From Lama glama (lineage: Eukaryota): DNA of 64,000 bases. Under the pieces are notes generated by a model. That model saw only the letters and a list, made by a program, of their open reading frames with translations, was not told where the DNA came from and made no database searches. The stretch spans positions 87,360,001-87,424,000 of the forward strand of contig CM052816.1 of NCBI GenBank assembly GCA_028534125.1. The letters are read 5' to 3'. Shown one piece after another: positions 54,251 to 64,000 of this stretch. The position numbers and the translations under genes are program-made. Each line of letters opens with the position of its first letter. The first letter of the stretch is position 1.

Positions 54251-55004
54251 GAAATGTAAAAAAAAGTCAGGCTGGATAAAGCATGCAATTGTGCTTTGGG
54301 GGTTTTGCAAGAAGTAGTATTATTGTTTCAGTAGTGCTACTTTTCAGTGTAAGATTTTCTCATCATTATAATACTAAATAAAGTTGAAATTTATCACTAA
54401 AAAAATTCCCTCAGTTAGAGAAATTAATGTTAATTTAAAAAATTACAATATTTAAATACACCAAAATTAAAGTAGACTAACTTACAGCCTAAAGACTTTT
54501 TAGTACCTTACAGAATCTGGACCAATTTCTACCAGCATCACAACAGGTAAATACATTAGTAGGAATTGCTTGAATAAGGTTGTTTTATCATCAATTAGCA
54601 GCTGTTTCTTGTTCAGATAACGTTTAGAGAATGAGACAAATTCCAGGTAAAATGGACTTTATTTTCTGGTTCCACAAAAATAAAACAATCAAGCTAGTTA
54701 GGGGAGTGAGGACTAGAACCCAAGCCTTTTGCCTCCCAGCTGATAGTTCTCTGTTTTTTAACAGTCCTCCAGCAGTTAAACGCCAAAGCTCCCACGCTAA
54801 TTGACCCAGGTGCCCTCACTTTCCCAGCGCCCAAGCTTCACCCTCTACTAACCTCATTTAATGAGTGTTCTGAGAGCTTGGATTCCTTCAAAGCATTATG
54901 CAATGAACGCTAGGGGGGAAAAAGAACAACCAAGATAAATTTCAAATACAGGATTCAATTACTTTTCACAACTCGATGATGTGTCAAAGGCACGCTGTGT
55001 TTTG

Positions 55005-55305
55005 TTTTGAGGGCGGGGAGATGACTGGGAGGGAATCCTGGGCCCCCATTGGCTGCCGCTCGGCGCTGCAGCTGAGCTCCGGCCGCTCGGCGAGCATCAT
55101 TGATCTGAAGGGTAAACGTGGAGGGAGCCACAGAGAGGGGGTCCCAGCGTTTCTCAGAAGAGAGGCAGCCGCTTCCAGGAAGAAAGTGGTGCCTACGGGC
55201 TGCCCGGCTGGGAGGACCTTTTGTGACTGAAAGGGGACACGATGCAAGGCAGTTTGCTGCTACAGTGTTAGGAGTATAAAAGAACAAGCGAGGGGGAGAG
55301 AGAGA
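55005..55305 (+). promoter_or_regulatory. Pol II promoter: GC box, CCAAT, TATA
   Basis: GGGCGGGG 55011-55018, ATTGG 55048-55052, TATAAAAG 55275-55282, local CpG enrichment, followed by a strong splice donor. Confidence 0.8.
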
Positions 55306-55399
55306 GAAGTATCTCACCTTCGTAGCAAAGCCAGGCTTGTTGCATCCTGCTTCTGCTCTTTCAGGCTGCTGCTCCTGCCTCCGCCGCTTCTGCCATCAG
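55306..55399 (+). other. Putative non-coding first exon (5' UTR) of an unidentified gene
   Basis: Starts ~30 nt after the TATA (start site estimated), contains no ATG, ends at CAG|GTAAGG. Confidence 0.7.
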
Positions 55400-55659
55400 G
55401 TAAGGCGTCCTTTTCTGATGGGGACTGCATCGTGTGTGATTGCTTCAGGGTACACGCGCAGAAATTCATACATGATTAATAAAGTGTTGCCTAGCGCAAT
55501 CAGAAGCTGAAGGAGGGACGCTGCTCACAGGTCTGGCATCTGAATTAGGAACTGGTGCGTGGTTTTGCTTTGGGAAACTTCGGTAAGTTCTAAACAAGTC
55601 TCTCGTCTTCAGAGCGAGAGGTTAAATTAAAAAGAGAAGGAAAGAAATATTTTAGCCAC

Positions 55660-55707
55660 TAATGTACTTCAGTTGTAATGTACTTCAGTTGTAATGTACT
55701 TCACTTG
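55660..55707 (+). repeat. 16-bp tandem repeat x3
   Basis: TAATGTACTTCAGTTG twice, then TAATGTACTTCACTTG. Confidence 0.95.
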
Positions 55708-56959
55708 CCTTGGCTAAAGTTTTGAATGAAAATAGTGCTAGGTGTTCCATTGATTATAAATGGCTTTTATGTTATAAATGGTTGGTATTTTCTTTACACA
55801 AAGTAGTCAATGCTTTATTTTCAAAGGGCCTCTGTAAATACTGGTCTCAGCTGATTTTTATTAAAATACAGTGATACCCCTACCCCCTTCTCTACTGCTT
55901 TTTATTAAGACATATGTTTTTAAACTTGCTTCTTCATTAAAAATAAAACAACTGTAAAGCAATTTAAATGTTTCAATGGCTCGTCTCTCAGTGTACAGCC
56001 ATCTGAGTTTCCTACCACAGAACTAATTTGGGACGAGCTACAGATTACTAGGTCTGCTGTGGGTTATATAATAGCATTCCAAAATTATCTTAATGGTATT
56101 AATCATTTGGTGGTCCATTAAAAAAGTAAGAAATATGTATAATACAGGCCTAGCTGGTAAATCAGTTTTAAAGAGACCTTCAGCATTTTATAAATATTTT
56201 CTTCTTTTTAAGCATCATTGTTTGTCTGTTTCTCCAACTGAATTACAGAACCTTTGTAGTTGACAGTGTCTCTTACAGACATATTTCTCTGTACTCTCTG
56301 GAGAGGGAACTGACATACTTTTGGCTGCTTCTGTGACCGTGGGATGGTTTTTTTTCAGTTTCTCATCAGGTATTTTGAAGCTCATTCACAAACTGCTCAG
56401 CTAGAAAATCACCGTATATCCTGAGTGGGGAAAAAGAATTAAACAGAACAGGTTCTGACCGTGTGTTTACAGTTTTAAATTACACTATGCATGACCAAAA
56501 AACATGAAAATGCAACCATGCCAAGCAGGTGTTTGTTTGCTTGAGCTTTTCAGCACACCTGATCAGTTTCAAGATAATAAAATAGGATCGAGACACACAG
56601 CTGCCCAGAAATACCGAAGCTCATCATTCAGTAGCGTCACTTACTCATTAAATTATCCTAAGCAAGTTGACAATCATTTTAACTTCTGTGTCTTCATTAT
56701 TATTTCTAAAACGCAATTTAAATGAATAAATTTTTTCTCATAAATACTTCCATGATTCCAGGAGAAGGTCTCTTCAGAATTGAAAGGCAGATGGTTACTC
56801 TTCCCAAGCCATAGCAGCTGATTGATGAATTGTTTTAGAATGCTCAGGAGCATAACTACACACAAAGTAGGAAGGAGCTGCCACTTAACTCATCTAATGA
56901 ACCGGCACATCAGCTGGTTCAGTGACAAGATCTAGGGACCAATCCTCCAGCTGCAGTAG

Positions 56960-57011
56960 AAACTACCAGAGTAAAATGTTAAAAAAAAAAAAAAAAACTA
57001 CCAGAGTAAAA
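56960..57011 (+). mobile_element. Extremely 5'-truncated L1 insertion with TSD
   Basis: AAACTACCAGAGTAAAA + TGTT(A)14 + AAACTACCAGAGTAAAA. Confidence 0.8.
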
Positions 57012-59982
57012 AGATGTTTCATATTAATTTGAAAATCCAATTCCAGAATATATTTCCCCTTTATTAACAGCTCTTACTTTGAAGACTGTCTTCCAAGTAT
57101 AACCCTACCCTTGTTAAGCCCCTTTCCCATTAAAAAAAAAAAAAAATCCCATCTCCTTTTCTGTTGTGTTCAGCAAATCTCTGGTTGCTGGTTTCTTAAC
57201 TTCTGCTGCTGTGTACCATTTTCAAGCAGTAGGGGGAAGTTTTCAAGCCAAAAATGCTTTTTTTGCTACTGGACCTCCTTCCTTCCACTGATCTGCTTAG
57301 TGATGGGATCATTTTAGATAATTCCCACACAAAGAGCTGAATTATTATGGGAAGGAGGATGCTATTTGTTCTACATGTGGGATGATGCACATTAAGTTCT
57401 TATCACAGCAAAAACAGTGCTTAGTTTATGGTAGAAATCCCTATTAATGTTTCACGTGACATAATTATACCTCAGTATGACTGCATGCTTTAGAGATGGA
57501 GCAAAACTGATCTCCTTAGACTGAGCATTTTTTGCACCTGCTATTTTGGCAGAATGTATTTTACATAATAGTTTATGATATTGTTTGAAATCGATCATTT
57601 ATCATTTTGTGTTGGTTAGAATATCTCATTCCTGCCTCTTAAAATGTACTGAGATGAATGTCAAATCACTCTTACAGATGAAATAGAACTGTGAACAGTC
57701 TGCCTAAACTGTTCTTACATGAAATGTGAAACATTACTGTGTTTTCCCACCTATGTCATTTAGATGTCATGTCTACACCTAACAATTGTGATAGGAAGAT
57801 GCATAGAGTGATGATTCTCCTCAGAAGTGAGCCATGTTTTCATATAAAAATAGCAAATCTAAGAACTTGTGTAATGAAATTATATACTAGTAGACACTGT
57901 TATAAATGTCTTTATACTTCCAAAAGAAAAGTGTAATTACAGATGTCTCATTTAAGTAAGATTCTATTATTATAGTCTTTTAACAAATTATAGCTTTTTT
58001 TTAACTAATTAAGTCCTGTATTACCTTGTCAGTGTCACCACATCAATAGACATTTTGCTATAATATGGTGCCAGTTCTTGATTTTACTTACATTAAATCA
58101 TAGGTGGAAATTATTTTACCCTTCCTGTTAAACAAATGCAGAGCGTCAATTTTATGAATAGGCTCAACTTACGTGGAAAATAATAAAATAAACTTAATCA
58201 TTAAATAAGGAATGAAAATGTTTGATTTTTAATGGGAATGTTCTTTTTACTTTGCTAATGTATGATAGTTGAGTGGTTTACAATCTTACAGCTTTTAAAA
58301 GCATTTTAACTTTTGGCTTTAAGGTAATTGCATTTATTTATGGATTAATATGCTAAAAATGTGATGTATCATCACCAAACTTTAAAAGATATGCTTGTGT
58401 GTGTGCGCGTTTGTGTGTGCACACGTGTGAGAATGTGAATAATGCTGCCTGTGCATATCAATAGTGGTTACTCAACGTTATTTTTAAGCATCACATGATA
58501 AGATGACTAATAATGGGGAGTAACATTTTTAGAAAAGACTAAGAGAAAGTTATGACTCCTGAAAAAAATCAAATAACAGTTGAACTTTACACAATGTTAT
58601 TCTGCCTTTTGTGAGATCCCTGATAAATGTTCTAAGACTTAATTTATTCAATGACTAATTATCATTTAATTTAACAAGTACCTGTTTATTGAAAGCAGGG
58701 TCTGAGTTTACTATTTTTATTAGTTTAGCTTCATTAAGGTTTGTATCTCTCTCCATCATACTGTAGCTTATGGTATTAAGGGATAAATTAAATTTTCAAT
58801 ATGTTTCAGTTTTTTTTTACTAAAAGATTATAGTTTTCTTTCATAATCCTTACTCTGTAAGTATCTAAGTAATGACTCTATAAATGCATTTTATTATCTT
58901 GAGTATTAGGGATGTTTCATTTAAACAATGTAACCTTGTTCTTAAAATATGTACATCTCCTGCGTGTGTGTGAAGATTCTAGCAAGAGCAGGTAAGACCC
59001 TAATCTGTGCAGAGATACTCATGAGAGAAATACAGGACTTACACATCAGCTGCTACATTTAAGTGTTCGAATGGCTGAATGATGCATACTTAGTTGCAAG
59101 TACCAAAGAAGTAGTTAGACATTGGGGCATAGGTTGTGATTATAGACTTATCCACAAAAGAGGATGCTGGTTGCAGGGGTAATTGATTGCACCTTAAGTG
59201 TGCTCTATAATCAATGGGTTCTATAACTCCTATTTGCTGGAAAATTATTATAACATGTAAAAATGGGCTTTTTTTCATGTAAAGACGAGTCATGATTTAT
59301 TGTCTGTGGAAATAAGATCCACATACATATTTCTACTGTAGAAAGATAAAAACTTGAGAGTCAGACAATGGTTTGAATGCAAATTTTGAGAACTCTTCTA
59401 TTGGCATTTTAGGGCAAGTTACCTAACTTTCTGATCTGTGATTTCTTCTCTTGATTTAGTGTATTTCTTCTATAAATAACACTCACTATTGGTCAGGCCT
59501 TTCTCCTTTTGAACTTTCATGACTATAGCAAGCTAGATTTGTGGAGATTAAGTACAGCCAGAGCTGGCCTGCTGGGTTAGATGAAAACATGTGGTGGCCA
59601 GGATTTGTTATCTGCTGGAATTTACTTGTCATGTTGAGATAGAAGTGGTTTTCAGGTCATTTATCTAAAAAAAAAAATTATTTTTGGCAAGAATGCTTTC
59701 AATAGACAGACATGGATGTTTCTGGTAGCTTAAAAAATCAGGGTAATTTAGATTGTGATGAAACTTTCACCATCATATTTCAAAAGGAATAGAAGTCAAG
59801 CAAAGAGGAGACTAGGAGGTAGCTAGAGAGAAAGTACAAAGTCACAGGGAGTTTGTCAGACTGTTTTTTTTCTTTTTCATAGGTACTTGAGCATGTGAAT
59901 AGGTGGAGAGCTTTAGAAAGAGAAAGGGAAATTAATGGATCAAGGTTTTAGAGAATTGGAGGAATCATAAAGAGGATGCGAT

Positions 59983-60360
59983 TGTAGGTTGACCCCTGAG
60001 CAATTGGAGGCTCCTCACTCCCTCCCCTGGAACATGGTTCCATCCTCCACTCCCATGTTAGGAGCTCTTTCAGGATGCAGCCTTGAGAGAGTAAGGTGTT
60101 GTTGAGACCATATGGACTGAATACATGAGCAACCCCCTTACATAGAGGCCTCTATGTAAAGTTTAATGATTCTGGCAGGTGGGTACAGAGATCTACTCTT
60201 GCTGCTACTCAAGACAAGCCTTGTGTGTATGGTCCCTTGCTTACTAATCCCGCCACCTACCAGTCTGAAGTGATCTGCCTTTTTCTTCAGCCTCTCCTTG
60301 GCCTCTGCAGGGGTCCAGTTTTAGATTTCATCTGGGAAGCTCCCGAGCTGTGAACCAACA
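59983..60360 (+). mobile_element. ERVL-type solo LTR, same family as 54005-54250
   Basis: TG...CA termini (tgtagg...tgtgaaccaaca); shares agacaagcc..ccttg..cacctacca..cttcag.ctctccttg blocks with the 54 kb copy. Confidence 0.75.
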
Positions 60361-61738
60361 TGGAGAAGATGAAAATCTGTAATATGCAGGGCATAGGTGG
60401 AAGATACAATTAGATGTCCTTAATTTTAATAATGCAAGTGAAATAGTGTTCAGTAATAATGCTAGCGAAATATTTATCAAATAATTTTAGCTGACATTTC
60501 AACATTTATTAGAATACTATCTTGAATGTCAAAAAGGATTATTGGGAAATAATCAAGCAAAATGTGACGCTAATTAATTTATCCAAAGTAATACTTTTAA
60601 GTGTAATTGAAAGAGATCCAAATGCTTGGTAAATGTTGAGAACTGGAGGAAATTAATGTTAATAGACTCCATTCTGCCCATGAAAAAAAATGTTGGGGTG
60701 CTATCATACACTAAATTGTGTAAAGCATTTAAAACTATTTCTCAGGGAAGAGTATAGGAAGCTTGAAGTAACAAGCAAATGATAATATATCCAAAATGAA
60801 GTGTCCTTCTACGACTCTGAGTCAATATTTACTTCCTTGCAGGGAAGCCATGACTCCAAGGGATGTGATTTCCAGCAGATTTAAAAGCAAGATTTTACTG
60901 AAACTCTACTCTTCTCTAATTACCAGCAAAAGGATAGTGAATGAAAGTGAAAAATAAACTCTTGGCAAGGTTTTATGTTACTTGTTTACCAAGACAAGAA
61001 TGGAAAGCCCAGATTAATTTTCTGAAATAGATGAGTGTCTCACAGTGAAACATCTAGTTATCTTAATGAGCACCTAGTATTTGTGCTAAACTGCCTGCCA
61101 GAAGTGCACCGCTATAAGATCCTGGCATAGAAGGAAATTCAGTAGTAGAATTTTAGCTGTTTGAACCAGAATTAAGAGTTATGTCAAGCAACCTAGCACA
61201 TACAGAGAATTTCTGTATATCCTAAATATAAATAATAAACATTTTAACAGCAGCATTAAAGATATTTATTCTATAGTGCATTCAAATCTCAATATTTCAC
61301 ATGTTTATTTAAGGAGGAATAGTATATGTCTATGATTATACAACACCATTAATAAGAAATAAAGGTATAAAAGAAAATTTCTGGTATGTGATCTGCCCCA
61401 GCCAGAAGTTTACACACACACCTTCAGACAGTGATATTGTCAAACTGGTGTTACTTTTGCAAAACAAAAATTAAAGTCTGGCATGTTCAATATATACCAC
61501 ACCACAAAAGAACAGGCCATCTCATTTAGTTTGGGATGGATTGTAAAATGTGAAATCTTTGTGGAGGGAAATTTGAGAGTATCCATCAAAATTTAAAACC
61601 CAGCAGTTCCAATACTCAGATCATATTCGGCAGAAATATTTTCACGTGGTTTTCACTGCCTTCTGATTTGATTATTCTCTCCTTGGCTGCTGCTGCCTCT
61701 CATTCTCCTTTACTGAGTTCTCTGTCTGCAGACCTATG

Positions 61739-61949
61739 CATTTGACCCTTGGACGACACAGGTGGTAGTGGTACTGACCCTCCATGAAGTTGAAAATGTG
61801 CCCGTATTTCATAGTCAGCCCTCCGTGTGTGCTGTTCTTCTGCATCTGTGGATTAACCAACTGCAGATCTTATAGTATTTACTGTTGAAAAAAATCTCCA
61901 TAGAAATGGACTCTGGCAGTTCAAAGCCATGTTGTTCAAGGGTCAACTT
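61739..61949. mobile_element. MER8-like Tigger (TcMar) MITE
   Basis: Terminal inverted repeats catttgacccttggacgaca / tgttgttcaagggtcaactt; internal gcatctgtggattaaccaac. Confidence 0.88.
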
Positions 61950-62160
61950 CAGCAGAAATGATCAGAGTATCCTGGGCCCAGTCCACAGCCCTACTCACCT
62001 ATTGTCTAGGAACTCACTGAAGAGGTAATCCCATCCTATAGCACAGGCTTAAATGCCATCTGAATGCCTCTTTCCCAATTGGTATCTTTGTCTCCTATCC
62101 CTGTGCCAAGCATCAAATTCCAATTTCAGAATTCCTACTCAGGATTTCCACGTTCAAGTC

Positions 62161-62555
62161 TGCATTAGTCCGCTTGGGCAGCCAGAACAACATACCAGAC
62201 ACTGAGTGGCTTAAAAACAGAAACTTATTTTCTCACAATTCCAGAGGGTAAGAAGCCCAAGATTAAAGTGCTGGCTGGTTGGATTCCTGGTGAGAGCTTT
62301 CTTAGCTTGCTGATGAATGTCTTCTTGCTGTGTACTCACGTGACTTCTTGGTACTGATACCGAGAGGGTGAGTTAGCTCCCTGGTGTCTCCTCTTGTGAG
62401 GGCACTAATCCCATCATGAGGACTCCATCCTTAAGACCTCATCTAACCCTAATTACCCACCAAAGGCCCTAGCTCCAAATACCCTTATGTTGGGGGTTCA
62501 TATTTCAACATATGTGATCCTTGAATTTTGGGGATCACACTTCTAGTCCATAGCA
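62161..62555 (-). mobile_element. MLT1A-like MaLR solo LTR
   Basis: tgcattagtccgcttgggcagcc..tggcttaaaaacagaaacttattttctcacaattc..gacctcatctaaccctaattac..tagtccatagca. Confidence 0.9.
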
Positions 62556-62892
62556 ACATCTAATCATTTTAAGCACAACTTGTTCCAAAAAAACAAACTC
62601 TTGATTTCTGCCCATTCTTACCACAACCTAAATAATTATATTAATTTTTAAAATCTTCATCTTAGTAAACTGTATAAGTATTCATTTAATTTTTAAGCAC
62701 TTAGGGTCAACTCTGAAGCCTTGTTTCCCCGCCGCCCCCCACCACACACACAATCAGTGCCACTGCTGAGTCCACTGGCTTCAAAGCTTTAGTGTCTACA
62801 TATAACTTTAATTCAGTCACTTTTCACTTCTACCATCCTTACCTTTGAGTCAGCCACTATTATCTTAGTCTCCAAACTGGTCTTTAAAAGAC

Positions 62893-63037
62893 CAATACTG
62901 TCTCACTGTGGATAGTGTCCCTGATTCCCCCATAGGCTCTACAATTAAAATGAACCTCCCAGGATACACTAAAAAGGGGGAGTGAAGGCTTGTAAAGATT
63001 TGTCTTAATTGGCTCTGAGATTCAGTTTTGTTATCTG
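62893..63037 (+). repeat. 145-bp direct repeat, copy 1
   Basis: Identical to 63853-63997 except one base (62958 C vs 63918 A). Confidence 0.97.
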
Positions 63038-63852
63038 CTTCTACTTATATTTCCCTCCCCCAACAATTTATTGCACAATGGCCAGTTGCAAACCCTCCAA
63101 TGTCACTGTCAAAGTGCTTTCCATGGCTTAAAGCCAATGTCTGGCCTTGCCCCTCCATTTTTCTTTCTCATTATGCCCAGTTCACCCCAGTCATAGGGAC
63201 TTGGCATTTACCCAGCTCCCCCTTATACTTTATGGAGATCTTGGTTTAAATATCCTTGCTTCAGAGCTACATTCTCTAACTACTCTGTGAATAGCTCTTC
63301 CCTCTCCAGAAGAATTATCTTCATCCTTTGTTCATTTAATTTTATTTAAATCAGAACTGCTTCAACATACATGATACTGTATTGTATTGTTTGTCTTCCA
63401 AAATAAAATGCAATCCCCATGAGGGAGGCCCTACAAAAGCACCTGGTACCTAGGAGCCCTCAGTAAATATTTGTTTGGTGAGTGAATAAATGAAGGGAAG
63501 AAAGAATGTATATGGGCACATAAATTCACCCAAACTAACACATGTGTATAAAGGAGTTAAAACAATTTACATGAGGATATGCTAAGAGTGATATTTAGGG
63601 AGGAAAGTGAGGTATATCTGTGATTTATTTTAGAGTAATTTATTCATGCATATAACTTGGCTCATAAATGTAATAATCATTAGCTAGTTATGCCATTTGT
63701 ATTAGGATTCGGTACTGAAATTGTGTTCTCCCACTGAAATGATTAAAGGAATTAAAAAAAAAACACAATTTGAGTGTCAAGCTACCAAAAAATGGCTTTA
63801 AAGTTAAGACAATAATTTGGACAAATACTAATTATCTTTTCACCCCAAGATG

Positions 63853-63997
63853 CAATACTGTCTCACTGTGGATAGTGTCCCTGATTCCCCCATAGGCTCT
63901 ACAATTAAAATGAACCTACCAGGATACACTAAAAAGGGGGAGTGAAGGCTTGTAAAGATTTGTCTTAATTGGCTCTGAGATTCAGTTTTGTTATCTG
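63853..63997 (+). repeat. 145-bp direct repeat, copy 2
   Basis: Lies exactly 960 bp downstream of copy 1. Confidence 0.97.
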
Positions 63998-64000
63998 AAG

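Larger units (their letters stand above)
61990..63494 (+). mobile_element. LINE-2 3' remnant, interrupted by an MLT1 LTR and a 145-bp insertion
   Basis: Pyrimidine-rich L2 text ending ctcagtaaatatttgtttggtgagtgaataaatgaa. Confidence 0.78.

Noticed and set aside
54955..55317. ORFs over the 55 kb promoter
   Set aside because: Same GC effect; they overlap core promoter motifs on both strands.
55306..55399. Assigning a gene symbol to the first exon
   Set aside because: No coding sequence in the window and I do not recognise the UTR; a database search is needed.
59862..59888. Pyrimidine tract plus AG|GT as a recursive splice site
   Set aside because: The regenerated donor (GTACTT) is weak and there is no supporting evidence.
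54005..60360. A single provirus bounded by the two related LTRs
   Set aside because: No primer-binding site, polypurine tract or gag/pol remnants seen between them; outer flanks (gacat/tggag) do not form a TSD.
1420..63249. The short six-frame ORFs as protein-coding genes
   Set aside because: All are under 140 aa, many start at non-ATG codons, most overlap repeats, and none resembles a cellular protein I recognise or forms a consistent exon chain.
62893..63997. The 145-bp repeats as LTRs of a small element
   Set aside because: No TG...CA ends or TSD, and the intervening DNA is a continuing L2 remnant plus unique sequence.
1..64000. CRISPR array, prokaryotic operon, NUMT or processed pseudogene
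   Set aside because: No repeat-spacer periodicity, gene-dense segment, mitochondrial-like text or mRNA-like body ahead of a poly(A) run was seen.

Overview
AT-rich mammalian genomic DNA, most likely camelid (camel or alpaca): it carries a tRNA-Ala(AGC)-derived SINE and L1 3' ends of camelid/cetartiodactyl type. I found no credible protein-coding exon. The listed ORFs are chance frames or transposon debris, including one recognisable MaLR internal ORF remnant. The first ~47 kb looks intergenic and is packed with L1, L2, MIR, hAT/Tigger MITEs and MaLR/ERVL/ERV1 LTRs, including two adjacent decayed two-LTR proviruses and a strong CTCF-like site. From ~47.3 kb the window looks like the 5' end of an unidentified + strand gene: a CpG-rich island (~47.3-47.8 kb), then a GC-box/CCAAT/TATA promoter with an ATG-less first exon ending at CAG|GTAAGG (55399/55400), then intron. 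The most distinctive observations are small DNA-repair and retrotransposition footprints: a 145-bp locally templated insertion with a fold-back junction, an ~18-bp L1 tail with a 17-bp target-site duplication (TSD), and perfect palindromes. I did not find a novel biological system. Repeat family names come from my recall of consensus sequences, and boundaries of old elements are approximate.
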